Assembly (NCBI GenBank): GCA_037381445.1
Contig: JARRQT010000111.1
Span: 1 to 11,196 of the forward strand
Direction of reading: 5' to 3'
Length of the DNA: 11,196 nucleotides
Origin: Calditrichia bacterium
Lineage (GTDB): Bacteria > Calditrichota > Calditrichia > RBG-13-44-9
Below the pieces are notes generated by a model that was not told the DNA's origin, made no database searches, and worked only from the letters and a program-made list of their open reading frames with translations. Within the stretch, counting starts at the first letter, position 1, and every line of letters starts with the position of its first letter. A program made the position numbers and the translations under genes. This document shows, in pieces, positions 1-9,042 of this stretch.

Positions 1-536
1 ATCCTGAGATCATCAGTGTTCTGGATCAGATAAAATCTCCTTCCGATCTGGGAATGGCCAGGGCCATCTGCCAGAAATTTGAGGGGCCTTTCTCGAAGAT
101 CGTGCAATTGGGTCTGGACAATGACGATTTGCCGCCCGAGGAACTGCGCGTGCTGGTGGAAGATGAAGGCAGGCAGGAGGTACGCATCCTGCGGCGGGGA
201 CTGATCCCCCTCGAGACCGTAGCGGCGGTGGCACCATTGATGGGTCTGCTTGGCACGGTTTTGGGCATGATAAAGGTATTCGAGATTATTCAAACGCTGG
301 GTGTGGGGCAGGCTAAAGCGCTTTCCGGCGGTATTTCGGAAGCATTGATCACCACCGCTGCCGGTTTGTTCATCGGTATTCCGGTTTTGATTGCTTTTAA
401 TTATTTCAGTTCACGGGCAGATGCCCTGGTGCTGGATATGGAAAATTATGTCATTCTGCTGCTCAATAAAATCGTTCGCTTTCATCGGAATGAAAGCGTT
501 GAGAAAATTGAGGGCTTGAATTTAAGTCAAAAATAG
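1..536 (+). CDS. MotA/TolQ/ExbB proton channel family protein, 5'-truncated by the window edge
   Basis: The frame is open from position 3 (PEIISVLDQIKSPSDLG-MARAIC...), so the true start lies upstream of the window. Family motifs APLMGLLGTVLGMI and GISEALITTAAGL are present. Stop is TAG at 534-536. Confidence 0.93.
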   Translation, partial: PEIISVLDQIKSPSDLGMARAICQKFEGPFSKIVQLGLDNDDLPPEELRVLVEDEGRQEVRILRRGLIPLETVAAVAPLMGLLGTVLGMIKVFEIIQTLGVGQAKALSGGISEALITTAAGLFIGIPVLIAFNYFSSRADALVLDMENYVILLLNKIVRFHRNESVEKIEGLNLSQK

Positions 537-637
537 CAAATGTTTTTTGATCGGCCTGCTAGTGCAGAAAGCTATTGGCAAGCTGTTCTGATACAAATTT
601 CTCTGTAAATAAACATCTGATTTTTGAAGCCGGAACC

Positions 638-1210
638 ATGAAAAGTTCGCATCCGTTTTTTCATATATCGATTATTTCCATTTTGATTTCGCTGTTTTTT
701 CTGCTCATCTCCCTGGAAGGCTGTGCGCAGGCATATCGCCCGCGTTCGAACTGGGAATTAAAAGAGTACAGCAATTCCCGGCTGAATATTTATCCCGATG
801 AGGTTCGGAAAAATCCGGAGAAATTTTCTGACACTCAGGTCGCCTGGGCGGGAATCATCAAACAGAGCAAATTTTACAAGACATCCGAAAATATCGAAGT
901 CGATCTACTGCTCGAGCATCATTATTTCGACTGGCACGAAAACAAAAATGCGCCGCCCCTCGAATATTATCTCTCTTCCCGGGGCGAAGGATATTTTAAA
1001 ACCCGCTGGTTTTTTAAGAAAGATGTGGATCTGCAGTACATCTACGACCGCTACATTCCGGATAATCTGGCGATTGTGTACGGCGTCCCGCGGTCCGTTG
1101 ATGCGGACACCGTGATTGTGGCAAGTAACTATGTGCGGGTCATCAATAAAAAATATTACGATGCCGATTTCTATCACTACACGCCCAAAGATAATAATAT
1201 GGGCAATTAG
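638..1210 (+). CDS. Predicted lipoprotein, Slp-like
   Basis: ATG at 638 is preferred over TTG at 575 because it gives MKSSH, a hydrophobic stretch and the lipobox-like LEG-C. VRKNPEKFSDTQVAWAGII resembles the Slp-family V..P..x.G..V.WGG.I pattern. The family call is recognition by eye. Confidence 0.7.
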   Translation: MKSSHPFFHISIISILISLFFLLISLEGCAQAYRPRSNWELKEYSNSRLNIYPDEVRKNPEKFSDTQVAWAGIIKQSKFYKTSENIEVDLLLEHHYFDWHENKNAPPLEYYLSSRGEGYFKTRWFFKKDVDLQYIYDRYIPDNLAIVYGVPRSVDADTVIVASNYVRVINKKYYDADFYHYTPKDNNMGN

Positions 1211-1265
1211 TTCAACTCTCCTACCTGCTCAATCCAAATAAAATTTGCGAGGATTCAGAAACTGC

Positions 1266-2576
1266 CTATTTCAGCGTCAGTTCGCTGACTGGCTTGAAGG
1301 CGTAATTTTTCTCTCTTAGAGTTTCAATCAGCCGGGGCAGGATTTTGAATATATGATTGTTGTTGCGGTTTGAGCCCAGGTGCATCAGGACGATGATTCC
1401 GTTCAATCCATTTGGCCGGTTCTTTTCCGCTTCCATAAAATGATTATAGGCATCCCCGGGAGAACGGTAGAGTTTGGAGGAGGCATCACTCACCCAGTCG
1501 TAGGTATCAAATCCTTCGCTCCAGCGGACATGGCGGTATCCCAGTTCCGCGGCCCAGAGCAGGATTTGTGTGTTATATTCCCCGAAAGGCGCCCTCCAGT
1601 ACGGTTTCAAATGTTTTTGTGTAATCCCGTGGAAAATGCTGTCCGTTTTGATAAGCTGCTGCTGCAAAAATACCCGATCAATGTTGCTGCCTTTTTCCTG
1701 CTTGTGATTATAGGCATAGGTGGTCAAATGAGGATGGGCGTAAGTATGGTTGGCGATTTCATGCCCGTCTTTGACCATTTGCCGCACCAGATCCGGGTGC
1801 TTTTCGATGAATTTTCCGGTCAGGAATAACGTGCAGCGTACCCCGTTTTGCCGGAGGATGTCCAGAATTTCAGTGGTGTGGACGTCATCGGCGCCGCCGT
1901 CAAAGGTCAGTGCCAGTTCTCTGTTTTCCGGGGTGGCCCCGGAAACAGAATTTTTCAAAGACTCTATTCGGGGACTATGGTAAATGATCCGGATTTCGTC
2001 CCGGTTGACCGGGTTTTGCTGCTGGTCGAGAACCAGGATGCGGATGCGGTTTCCGCCGTATTCCAGGGGGATTGAAAATTCTCGTGTACCGCTTTTATCG
2101 ATCCTTCCGGAGATGACCGGCGTTTCATTTCGCCACATGTTGACGATCCAGTTTTTCTTCACCATCAGCTTCAGTGCATACACATTTTGCTGCTGCTCGG
2201 CGGCAAGCGGGGACTGCAAAAACTGAAAATCAGAATTTAGTGCTTGCTGATTGCCAGGAAACCGGGTTTGGGAGAGTGAATCGGAAACGGAATTTCCCGA
2301 TTCGATTTTTACCCGCTTTATCCGGGAGTTGAAATAGACAAACTGGCCAATGATAAAGAAAATCAGGATCAACTGAAGGATCATGATAATAGTGAATTTT
2401 GAGGCCTCCATTCTTTGAAGGAAGCTGCTGTATGCATATTTGAGAATGCAGGAAAATCCGCAGAAGTAATGATGCCGGAAGGAGTGGCGGCACGCCAGGC
2501 AAAGCGGGGCTTTGCACTGAAAGCACTTGTAATGGGCAAGCTGGTCGGAATGATTTTTACAAAAATGCACTTCCAT
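1266..2576 (-). CDS. Membrane-anchored polysaccharide deacetylase (NodB/CE4) with N-terminal Cys/His zinc finger, one TM helix and an Ig-like domain
   Basis: CE4 motifs LTFDGG, NHTYAHP, WRAPFG, YDW and IVLMH are present. The start is placed at ATG 2576 (MEVHFC), with AAGGA about 10 nt upstream; the ORF track starts at 2612. The TM segment is FTIIMILQLILIFFIIGQFVYF. Confidence 0.9.
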   Translation of the reverse strand: MEVHFCKNHSDQLAHYKCFQCKAPLCLACRHSFRHHYFCGFSCILKYAYSSFLQRMEASKFTIIMILQLILIFFIIGQFVYFNSRIKRVKIESGNSVSDSLSQTRFPGNQQALNSDFQFLQSPLAAEQQQNVYALKLMVKKNWIVNMWRNETPVISGRIDKSGTREFSIPLEYGGNRIRILVLDQQQNPVNRDEIRIIYHSPRIESLKNSVSGATPENRELALTFDGGADDVHTTEILDILRQNGVRCTLFLTGKFIEKHPDLVRQMVKDGHEIANHTYAHPHLTTYAYNHKQEKGSNIDRVFLQQQLIKTDSIFHGITQKHLKPYWRAPFGEYNTQILLWAAELGYRHVRWSEGFDTYDWVSDASSKLYRSPGDAYNHFMEAEKNRPNGLNGIIVLMHLGSNRNNNHIFKILPRLIETLREKNYAFKPVSELTLK

Positions 2577-2651
2577 AAAAAAACATCCTTTGAATCTGTT
2601 TAAAATCAGCATTCAGCTGACAGCGTGCTTCGGCGGTAAGAATCCGCACGG

Positions 2652-2680
2652 ATTATATTATCGAATTAAATAGCGGTGAA
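2652..2680 (-). promoter_or_regulatory. Putative sigma70 promoter for the deacetylase gene
   Basis: On the minus strand: TTCACC (2680-2675), a 17 nt spacer, then a perfect TATAAT (2657-2652), about 75 nt upstream of the ATG at 2576. Confidence 0.55.
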
Positions 2681-3151
2681 CTAAAGAATGTTCTTTGCAT
2701 TAATGAAATACCGATTCCCGCGATGATGAATTTTTCTTCCGGCAGTTTTCTGCTTCCTGAAGTGGAAATTCAGAATTCGTCAGTGATTTCAGCATTTCAA
2801 AAATTTTTATTACCTTTCGCCCTTATCCGGATTTCCCACTGTTTTTTATGCGCGCAGGCCGCGAGCCTGGGCGTCGGTTTTACGGCGATCTTTCTGCCGA
2901 AAAGCGCCATTTACATCCCTTCATTCTGTAATTAAAACGTACTTTCTAATGCTTATCTTTTAAATTTCTGACCGTTTTGCAGTTCATGAGTTAATGTAAA
3001 GAATTAATCTCAGAAATTAAATTATTTTCTTTTCCCAGGAACAATTTCGGATTCGCTCTGTGAAAGCTAACTGGTTAGGGTAACGGCAGCGGAAACTAAT
3101 AAAACTGTTGGTATAGCGCGGGACCTGACATAAATTTGTTGCGGTGAAAGG

Positions 3152-4096
3152 ATGAAAACGGCAGAGTATTTAAACAGCGAAATAAATCCCAGAAATTTTT
3201 CGAAATATCCAATAAACTGGTTATCGGTATTCGGCCGGGAAGCGCAGCTGTTTTTGGAAATTGGCTGCGGCAACGGTGAATTTCTGGCGGCCTGGGCGCA
3301 GGATTCGCAGGACGGGAATTTTATCGGCATCGAGCTTTCACTGGAGTCCGCGGAACGCATTCAGCGCCGTATTCATGAAAACAGACTGGGGAATGTGATG
3401 GTGCTCCGAGACGACGCCCGTTTTCTGGTACGCGAACTCTTTCCGGATGACTCGCTCCATCATGTGATGATGAACTTCCCCGATCCCTGGCCGAAGCTGA
3501 AACACCGGGAGCGACGGGTCATTATCCCCGGTTTTGTTGATAGCCTGGCTGCGGTTCTCGAGCCGGACGGGATTTTTGAACTTGTAACCGATCAGGAGTG
3601 GTATGCGAAGGAATCCGGGAAGCTTTTTGCCAGGAGCGGATTTTTCGGAGTGCGGGAGATTGAGAGAAACCCGGTTCGCAGGATCACCACCAGATATGAG
3701 CGCAAGTGGCGCGAAGAAAACCGCGACATTTTCCGGCTCGTGGCGGAGCGTAAAAACAGGGCACAAATACAACGAATTGTGGAGAATGATACAATGCCAC
3801 ATGTCATCGTGGAAAAAGACATACAGCCCGGCCAGCTTTATTCCCTGAAGGGACTGGTGAAAAAGGAGGAAAACAGGATCTTTCTGGTAAAAGAAGTTTT
3901 CTCAAATCAAAACAATGAGGCTTATGTTCTCAGAACCGTTGCAACGGACCAGGATTATACTCAAAATTTTTTTATTTTGGTTGCAAAGCATGAAAAGGGA
4001 TATATTATAAAAATCGATCCGGCATATCAGCCGTATCGTACCCCGGCCGTGAAAATGGCGGTCCGGGAGCTGGGGGTAATATTGGGAAGTGAGTAG
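3152..4096 (+). CDS. trmB: tRNA (guanine-N7)-methyltransferase with C-terminal extension
   Basis: Motifs LEIGCGNGEF (SAM binding), NFIGIE, NFPDPWPKLKHRERR, VTD and TRYERK are typical of TrmB. Length is 314 aa. Confidence 0.96.
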   Translation: MKTAEYLNSEINPRNFSKYPINWLSVFGREAQLFLEIGCGNGEFLAAWAQDSQDGNFIGIELSLESAERIQRRIHENRLGNVMVLRDDARFLVRELFPDDSLHHVMMNFPDPWPKLKHRERRVIIPGFVDSLAAVLEPDGIFELVTDQEWYAKESGKLFARSGFFGVREIERNPVRRITTRYERKWREENRDIFRLVAERKNRAQIQRIVENDTMPHVIVEKDIQPGQLYSLKGLVKKEENRIFLVKEVFSNQNNEAYVLRTVATDQDYTQNFFILVAKHEKGYIIKIDPAYQPYRTPAVKMAVRELGVILGSE

Positions 4097-4210
4097 TTAT
4101 GCAGGTTGCTGTGTGCGGAGAGGAAGGCAGTGAAAGAGAGGGCAGGCAAATTTTGCCTAATCTATAAGAAAATCTGAAATTTATATCAGAAAATACAAAT
4201 TATTTTTCAA

Positions 4211-4239
4211 TTGACTTCATTCGGGCATTCCAGTATATT
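4211..4239 (+). promoter_or_regulatory. Putative sigma70 promoter of secD-secF
   Basis: TTGACT (4211-4216), a 17 nt spacer and TATATT (4234-4239), preceded by an AT-rich UP-like tract. The SD GGAGG at 4311-4315 precedes the ATG at 4327. Confidence 0.7.
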
Positions 4240-4326
4240 CACAGCTTGTAAATTTGGATTTTTGTGTAAAAAATAATGAATTATAAACTATTTATTCGGT
4301 CATTAATTACGGAGGGTTAGTTTCGA

Positions 4327-6225
4327 ATGCGCCGAAATATAACTGCAAAATCATTAATTGTTCTGTTCTTTTTAGTTCTGTTTCTGTATCTGCTTTATCC
4401 TACCATAAAGTTTAACTATCTGTTATCAAACACGCAGAAAAGCGACCTCAAACTGGAAGATCCGAAAGCCTATGAAGGTCTGCTGGATAAGTCCATCAAA
4501 CTGGGACTGGATCTGCAGGGCGGTATGCATGTGGTGATGGAAGTGGATGTGGAAGAACTGGTAAAGGCGCTGGCAAAAAATAAAGACGACCGTTTTGAGC
4601 AGGCATGGAGTGAGTCTGTCACTATCGCCAAAAACGAAGACCGCGATTTCATTACTGTTTTTGCTCAGCAGTTGGAAAAGAAAGGAGCTGACCTGGCCCG
4701 CTACTATGGGACGAAGGAGAGGCGTGATCGGGCTGAGATTATCAGTTACCTTCGCAAGCAGTCGAATGAAGCCATTAATCGTTCGCTGGAAATTATCCGG
4801 AATCGGGTGGACCAATTTGGTGTGTCCGAGCCGACCATTCAGAAAGAGGGCACAAAACGGATTATTGTAGAATTGGCGGGTGTCACCGATCCCCAGCGTG
4901 TTCGCCAGTTGCTGGGAAAAACCGCCATGCTGGAATTCCGGCTTTTAAAAGACCAGCAGATCACCCAGAATGTCGCCGCCAAGCTGAATGATTATATCAA
5001 AGGCCAGCTTTCCGTGCAGGATACTCTGGAAAAACAGACCACGGAAACACAAGATACATCGGTGGTTCGGCCGGAGCAGTTGTTCGGCGAGGATGTAAAA
5101 ACAGCAGAAACAGCGGCCCAGGACACCGCCGGGAAGGACTCGGCCCAGCTGGCCGCACAGCGTCTGTTTAAGGAAAATCTGTTTTTTTCCTATCCCGGAG
5201 ATCCGCAACGGCTTATGGTTCCGAAAGAAAACGAACCACGGCTGCGTCTGCTGCTGGAAAGACCTGAAATTCAGAAAATCATAAAAACTGAAGCCGGCGA
5301 TGCCGAATTCCTGTGGGGGAATCTGGATCAAACCGGACAGTATTATTCAATATATTTAGTGGAAAAACAGCCTGAACTTACCGGGGAAACCATTACCGAC
5401 GCATTTGCGCAGCCGGGTTCCGGCTATGATCCGGGTTCATTCGGGAAGTTCGAGGTCTCACTCACCTTTAATGACGAGGGTGCCCGGACATTTTCACGGG
5501 TAACTGGAGCAAACCTGGGCAAACGACTGGCCATCGTCCTTGATAACAAAGTGCACTCGGCGCCTACCATTCAGGCGAAAATCCGGGACGGACGCGCCCG
5601 TATCACGGGACTGGAATCCATGGATGAAGCCAAGGACCTGGCGGTGGTGCTGAAAGCCGGCGCGCTGCCTGCTCCTGTAAAATTGCTCGAGGAACGAACC
5701 GTTGGCCCGTCTCTGGGCAGAGACTCCATCAGCAAGGGCACCAACTCTGCCATACTGGGCCTGGTTTTGGTTGCTTTGTTCATGATTGTGTACTACAAAT
5801 TTTCCGGTCTGGTGGCGGATGTTGCCCTGGTTCTGAATATCATTATTCTGCTGGGTATTATGTCCTATTTCCACGCAACGCTTACCCTGCCGGGTATCGC
5901 CGGTATTATCCTAACCATTGGTATGGCAGTTGATGCCAACGTGCTGATTTTTGAACGCATCCGGGAGGAATTGGATAAGGGGAAAACGGTCTGGTCTTCC
6001 CTTGAAACCGGTTACGGACGTGCCTTCATTACCATTCTCGATGCCAATGTTACTACGTTGATCGCCGGGGTGGTGCTGTACAATTTTGGTTCCGGACCGG
6101 TTAAAGGATTTGCGCTTACACTGATGATCGGTATTCTGGCGAGTATGTTCACCGCCATTTTTGTAACCAGAACGATATACGAGTTGTTACTCGAGAGAAA
6201 AATTATGAAAAAGCTGAGCATCTGA
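4327..6225 (+). CDS. secD: Protein translocase subunit SecD
   Basis: Motifs LGLDLQGG, RNRVDQFGVSEP, RTVGPSLG, LTLPGIAG and GMAVDANVLIFERIREE. One N-terminal TM, a large periplasmic domain and five C-terminal TMs. Confidence 0.98.
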   Translation: MRRNITAKSLIVLFFLVLFLYLLYPTIKFNYLLSNTQKSDLKLEDPKAYEGLLDKSIKLGLDLQGGMHVVMEVDVEELVKALAKNKDDRFEQAWSESVTIAKNEDRDFITVFAQQLEKKGADLARYYGTKERRDRAEIISYLRKQSNEAINRSLEIIRNRVDQFGVSEPTIQKEGTKRIIVELAGVTDPQRVRQLLGKTAMLEFRLLKDQQITQNVAAKLNDYIKGQLSVQDTLEKQTTETQDTSVVRPEQLFGEDVKTAETAAQDTAGKDSAQLAAQRLFKENLFFSYPGDPQRLMVPKENEPRLRLLLERPEIQKIIKTEAGDAEFLWGNLDQTGQYYSIYLVEKQPELTGETITDAFAQPGSGYDPGSFGKFEVSLTFNDEGARTFSRVTGANLGKRLAIVLDNKVHSAPTIQAKIRDGRARITGLESMDEAKDLAVVLKAGALPAPVKLLEERTVGPSLGRDSISKGTNSAILGLVLVALFMIVYYKFSGLVADVALVLNIIILLGIMSYFHATLTLPGIAGIILTIGMAVDANVLIFERIREELDKGKTVWSSLETGYGRAFITILDANVTTLIAGVVLYNFGSGPVKGFALTLMIGILASMFTAIFVTRTIYELLLERKIMKKLSI

Positions 6226-6262
6226 TACCCATAGATGTTTTAAAAAAGGAGATACAATAGAG

Positions 6263-7192
6263 ATGCGATTCTTCAAAAATCCGCAAATTAATTTTATGGC
6301 TTCTCGCAAAGCAGCGTTTCTTCTGTCAGGAACATTAATTCTGATATCAATTATATCGTTAATTGCGCATGGCGGGCCCCGATACAGCGTGGATTTCCGC
6401 GGCGGCACGTTTATGGAAATCCGTTTTGAGAGCAAGGCCAATCCAGCGCAACCATTAAATATAGAAATATCCCAGGTCCGTCAGGTTTTTGACGGTTTCG
6501 GACTGGGAAATGCGGAAATTAAACATTACGGCTCCACTCAGGAAATCTCGGCGCGTGTGGATGTAACCGAAGACACCGATAACCTGATGCATAATCTGAC
6601 CCAAAAACTCTCGGAACGCTATCCCGATTATAAGGTCATAGAGATGCGGAAGGAAACGGTGGGTCCCAAGGTAGGCAAAGAGCTTGTTGGTGATGCCATT
6701 CTGGCCATTTTCTGGGCGATTATCTTTATCCTCATCTATATTATGTGGCGGTTTGAATTGCGGTTCGGCGTGGGAGCGGTGGTCGCCCTGATGCATGACG
6801 TTATCATTACAGTGGGGATCTTTTCGCTGCTCGATAAGGAAATTTCAATTCAGATTGTGGCGGCCCTGCTGACGATTGTTGGTTATTCGCTGAATGATAC
6901 CATTGTGGTGTACGATCGCATCAGGGAAAATCTGAAAGCCCTTAAACGGCAGAACTTCAGCTATGCAAGTATCATTAACAGGAGTATTAATGAAACCCTC
7001 AGCAGAACAATCATTACTTCCGGCACAACGCTGCTTGTCGTGGTGGTATTGTTCCTGTTCGGCGGCGAGGTTATCAAGGATTTCGCTTTCGCCTTGTTGA
7101 TCGGTATTGTTGTTGGTACCTATTCGTCAATTTATGTTGCTTCTCCGGTGCTGGTTGCGTGGGAAAGCAGGAAGAAGGTTCAGAAAGCCTAA
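6263..7192 (+). CDS. secF: Protein translocase subunit SecF
   Basis: Motifs DFRGGT, VGPKVG, GYSLNDTIVVYDRIRE and GTYSSIYVA. SD AGGAG at 6247-6251. Directly follows secD. Confidence 0.98.
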   Translation: MRFFKNPQINFMASRKAAFLLSGTLILISIISLIAHGGPRYSVDFRGGTFMEIRFESKANPAQPLNIEISQVRQVFDGFGLGNAEIKHYGSTQEISARVDVTEDTDNLMHNLTQKLSERYPDYKVIEMRKETVGPKVGKELVGDAILAIFWAIIFILIYIMWRFELRFGVGAVVALMHDVIITVGIFSLLDKEISIQIVAALLTIVGYSLNDTIVVYDRIRENLKALKRQNFSYASIINRSINETLSRTIITSGTTLLVVVVLFLFGGEVIKDFAFALLIGIVVGTYSSIYVASPVLVAWESRKKVQKA

Positions 7193-7266
7193 ACAATCTA
7201 TTTTGTACTTGCATCTTGGGAAAGAACTAAGGAATTTAGTCATAACAAGAATGGGATGAGAAGAAA

Positions 7267-7602
7267 ATGAAACTGTCCGAAGAGCGTTATAATGACGTTG
7301 TCGTAATAAGCCTCGAGGGGAGTCTAATGGGCGGTCCGGAAGCGGTTTCACTCAATGAGGCTGTAAACCGTCTGTTGGACGAGGGAATGTATAAACTGGT
7401 GATCAATCTGGAAAATGTTGAGCGGATGAACAGCAGCGGTCTGGGTATCCTGATAAAAGCCCTTTCCACCTTTAAATCCAATGGGGGAGATCTCAAACTG
7501 GCCAGTCTCAGTCCCAAGATTGATAATCTGCTCCATATTACCAAAATCAATACCATTCTGGAATCCTACGATACAATTGAGGCGGCAGTAAATAGTTTCT
7601 AA
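7267..7602 (+). CDS. STAS-domain anti-sigma factor antagonist (SpoIIAA/RsbV-like)
   Basis: 111 aa with VVVISLEGSL, LVINLENVERMNSSGLG (phosphoacceptor-Ser motif), GGDLKL and LLHITK. Confidence 0.92.
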   Translation: MKLSEERYNDVVVISLEGSLMGGPEAVSLNEAVNRLLDEGMYKLVINLENVERMNSSGLGILIKALSTFKSNGGDLKLASLSPKIDNLLHITKINTILESYDTIEAAVNSF

Positions 7603-7642
7603 AAGAATTATGCTGAAAAAAGTAATTATCAAAATAATACAT

Positions 7643-7675
7643 AACTCCGGTATGCATCGCCGGAGTTTTTTATTT
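7643..7675 (+). terminator. Rho-independent terminator-like hairpin between the STAS gene and purA
   Basis: AACTCCGG (7643-7650) pairs with CCGGAGTT (7660-7667) around a 9 nt loop. The right arm runs into TTTTTTATTT (7666-7675). Confidence 0.7.
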
Positions 7676-7677
7676 GA

Positions 7678-8964
<1,287 letters not shown>

Positions 8965-9042
8965 TAATGGCATTTATTTCTGATGGGTCATCAGAATACA
9001 AAATAGAATTACGACATATATGAATTAAAAGAGGTAATCCTC

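Noticed and set aside
575..592. TTGGCAAG as a sigma54 -24 element, and TTG 575 as the lipoprotein start
   Set aside because: There is no TTGC at the -12 spacing, and starting at 575 would place 21 polar residues ahead of the signal peptide.
1231..1255. Weak stem between the convergent lipoprotein and deacetylase genes
   Set aside because: It is AT-rich, interrupted and lacks a U-tract, so it is not convincing as a terminator.
2723..2935. 70 aa + strand ORF in the intergenic region
   Set aside because: No SD, Phe/Ser-rich composition reflecting T-rich DNA, and no recognisable domain.
3110..3130. Minus-strand GTCAGGTCC resembling the SRP RNA core
   Set aside because: The required GGAAGGAAGCAGC continuation and the long flanking helix are absent.
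7603..7675. Known purine or ZTP riboswitch upstream of purA
   Set aside because: No aptamer consensus is present and there is too little sequence between the STAS stop and the hairpin.
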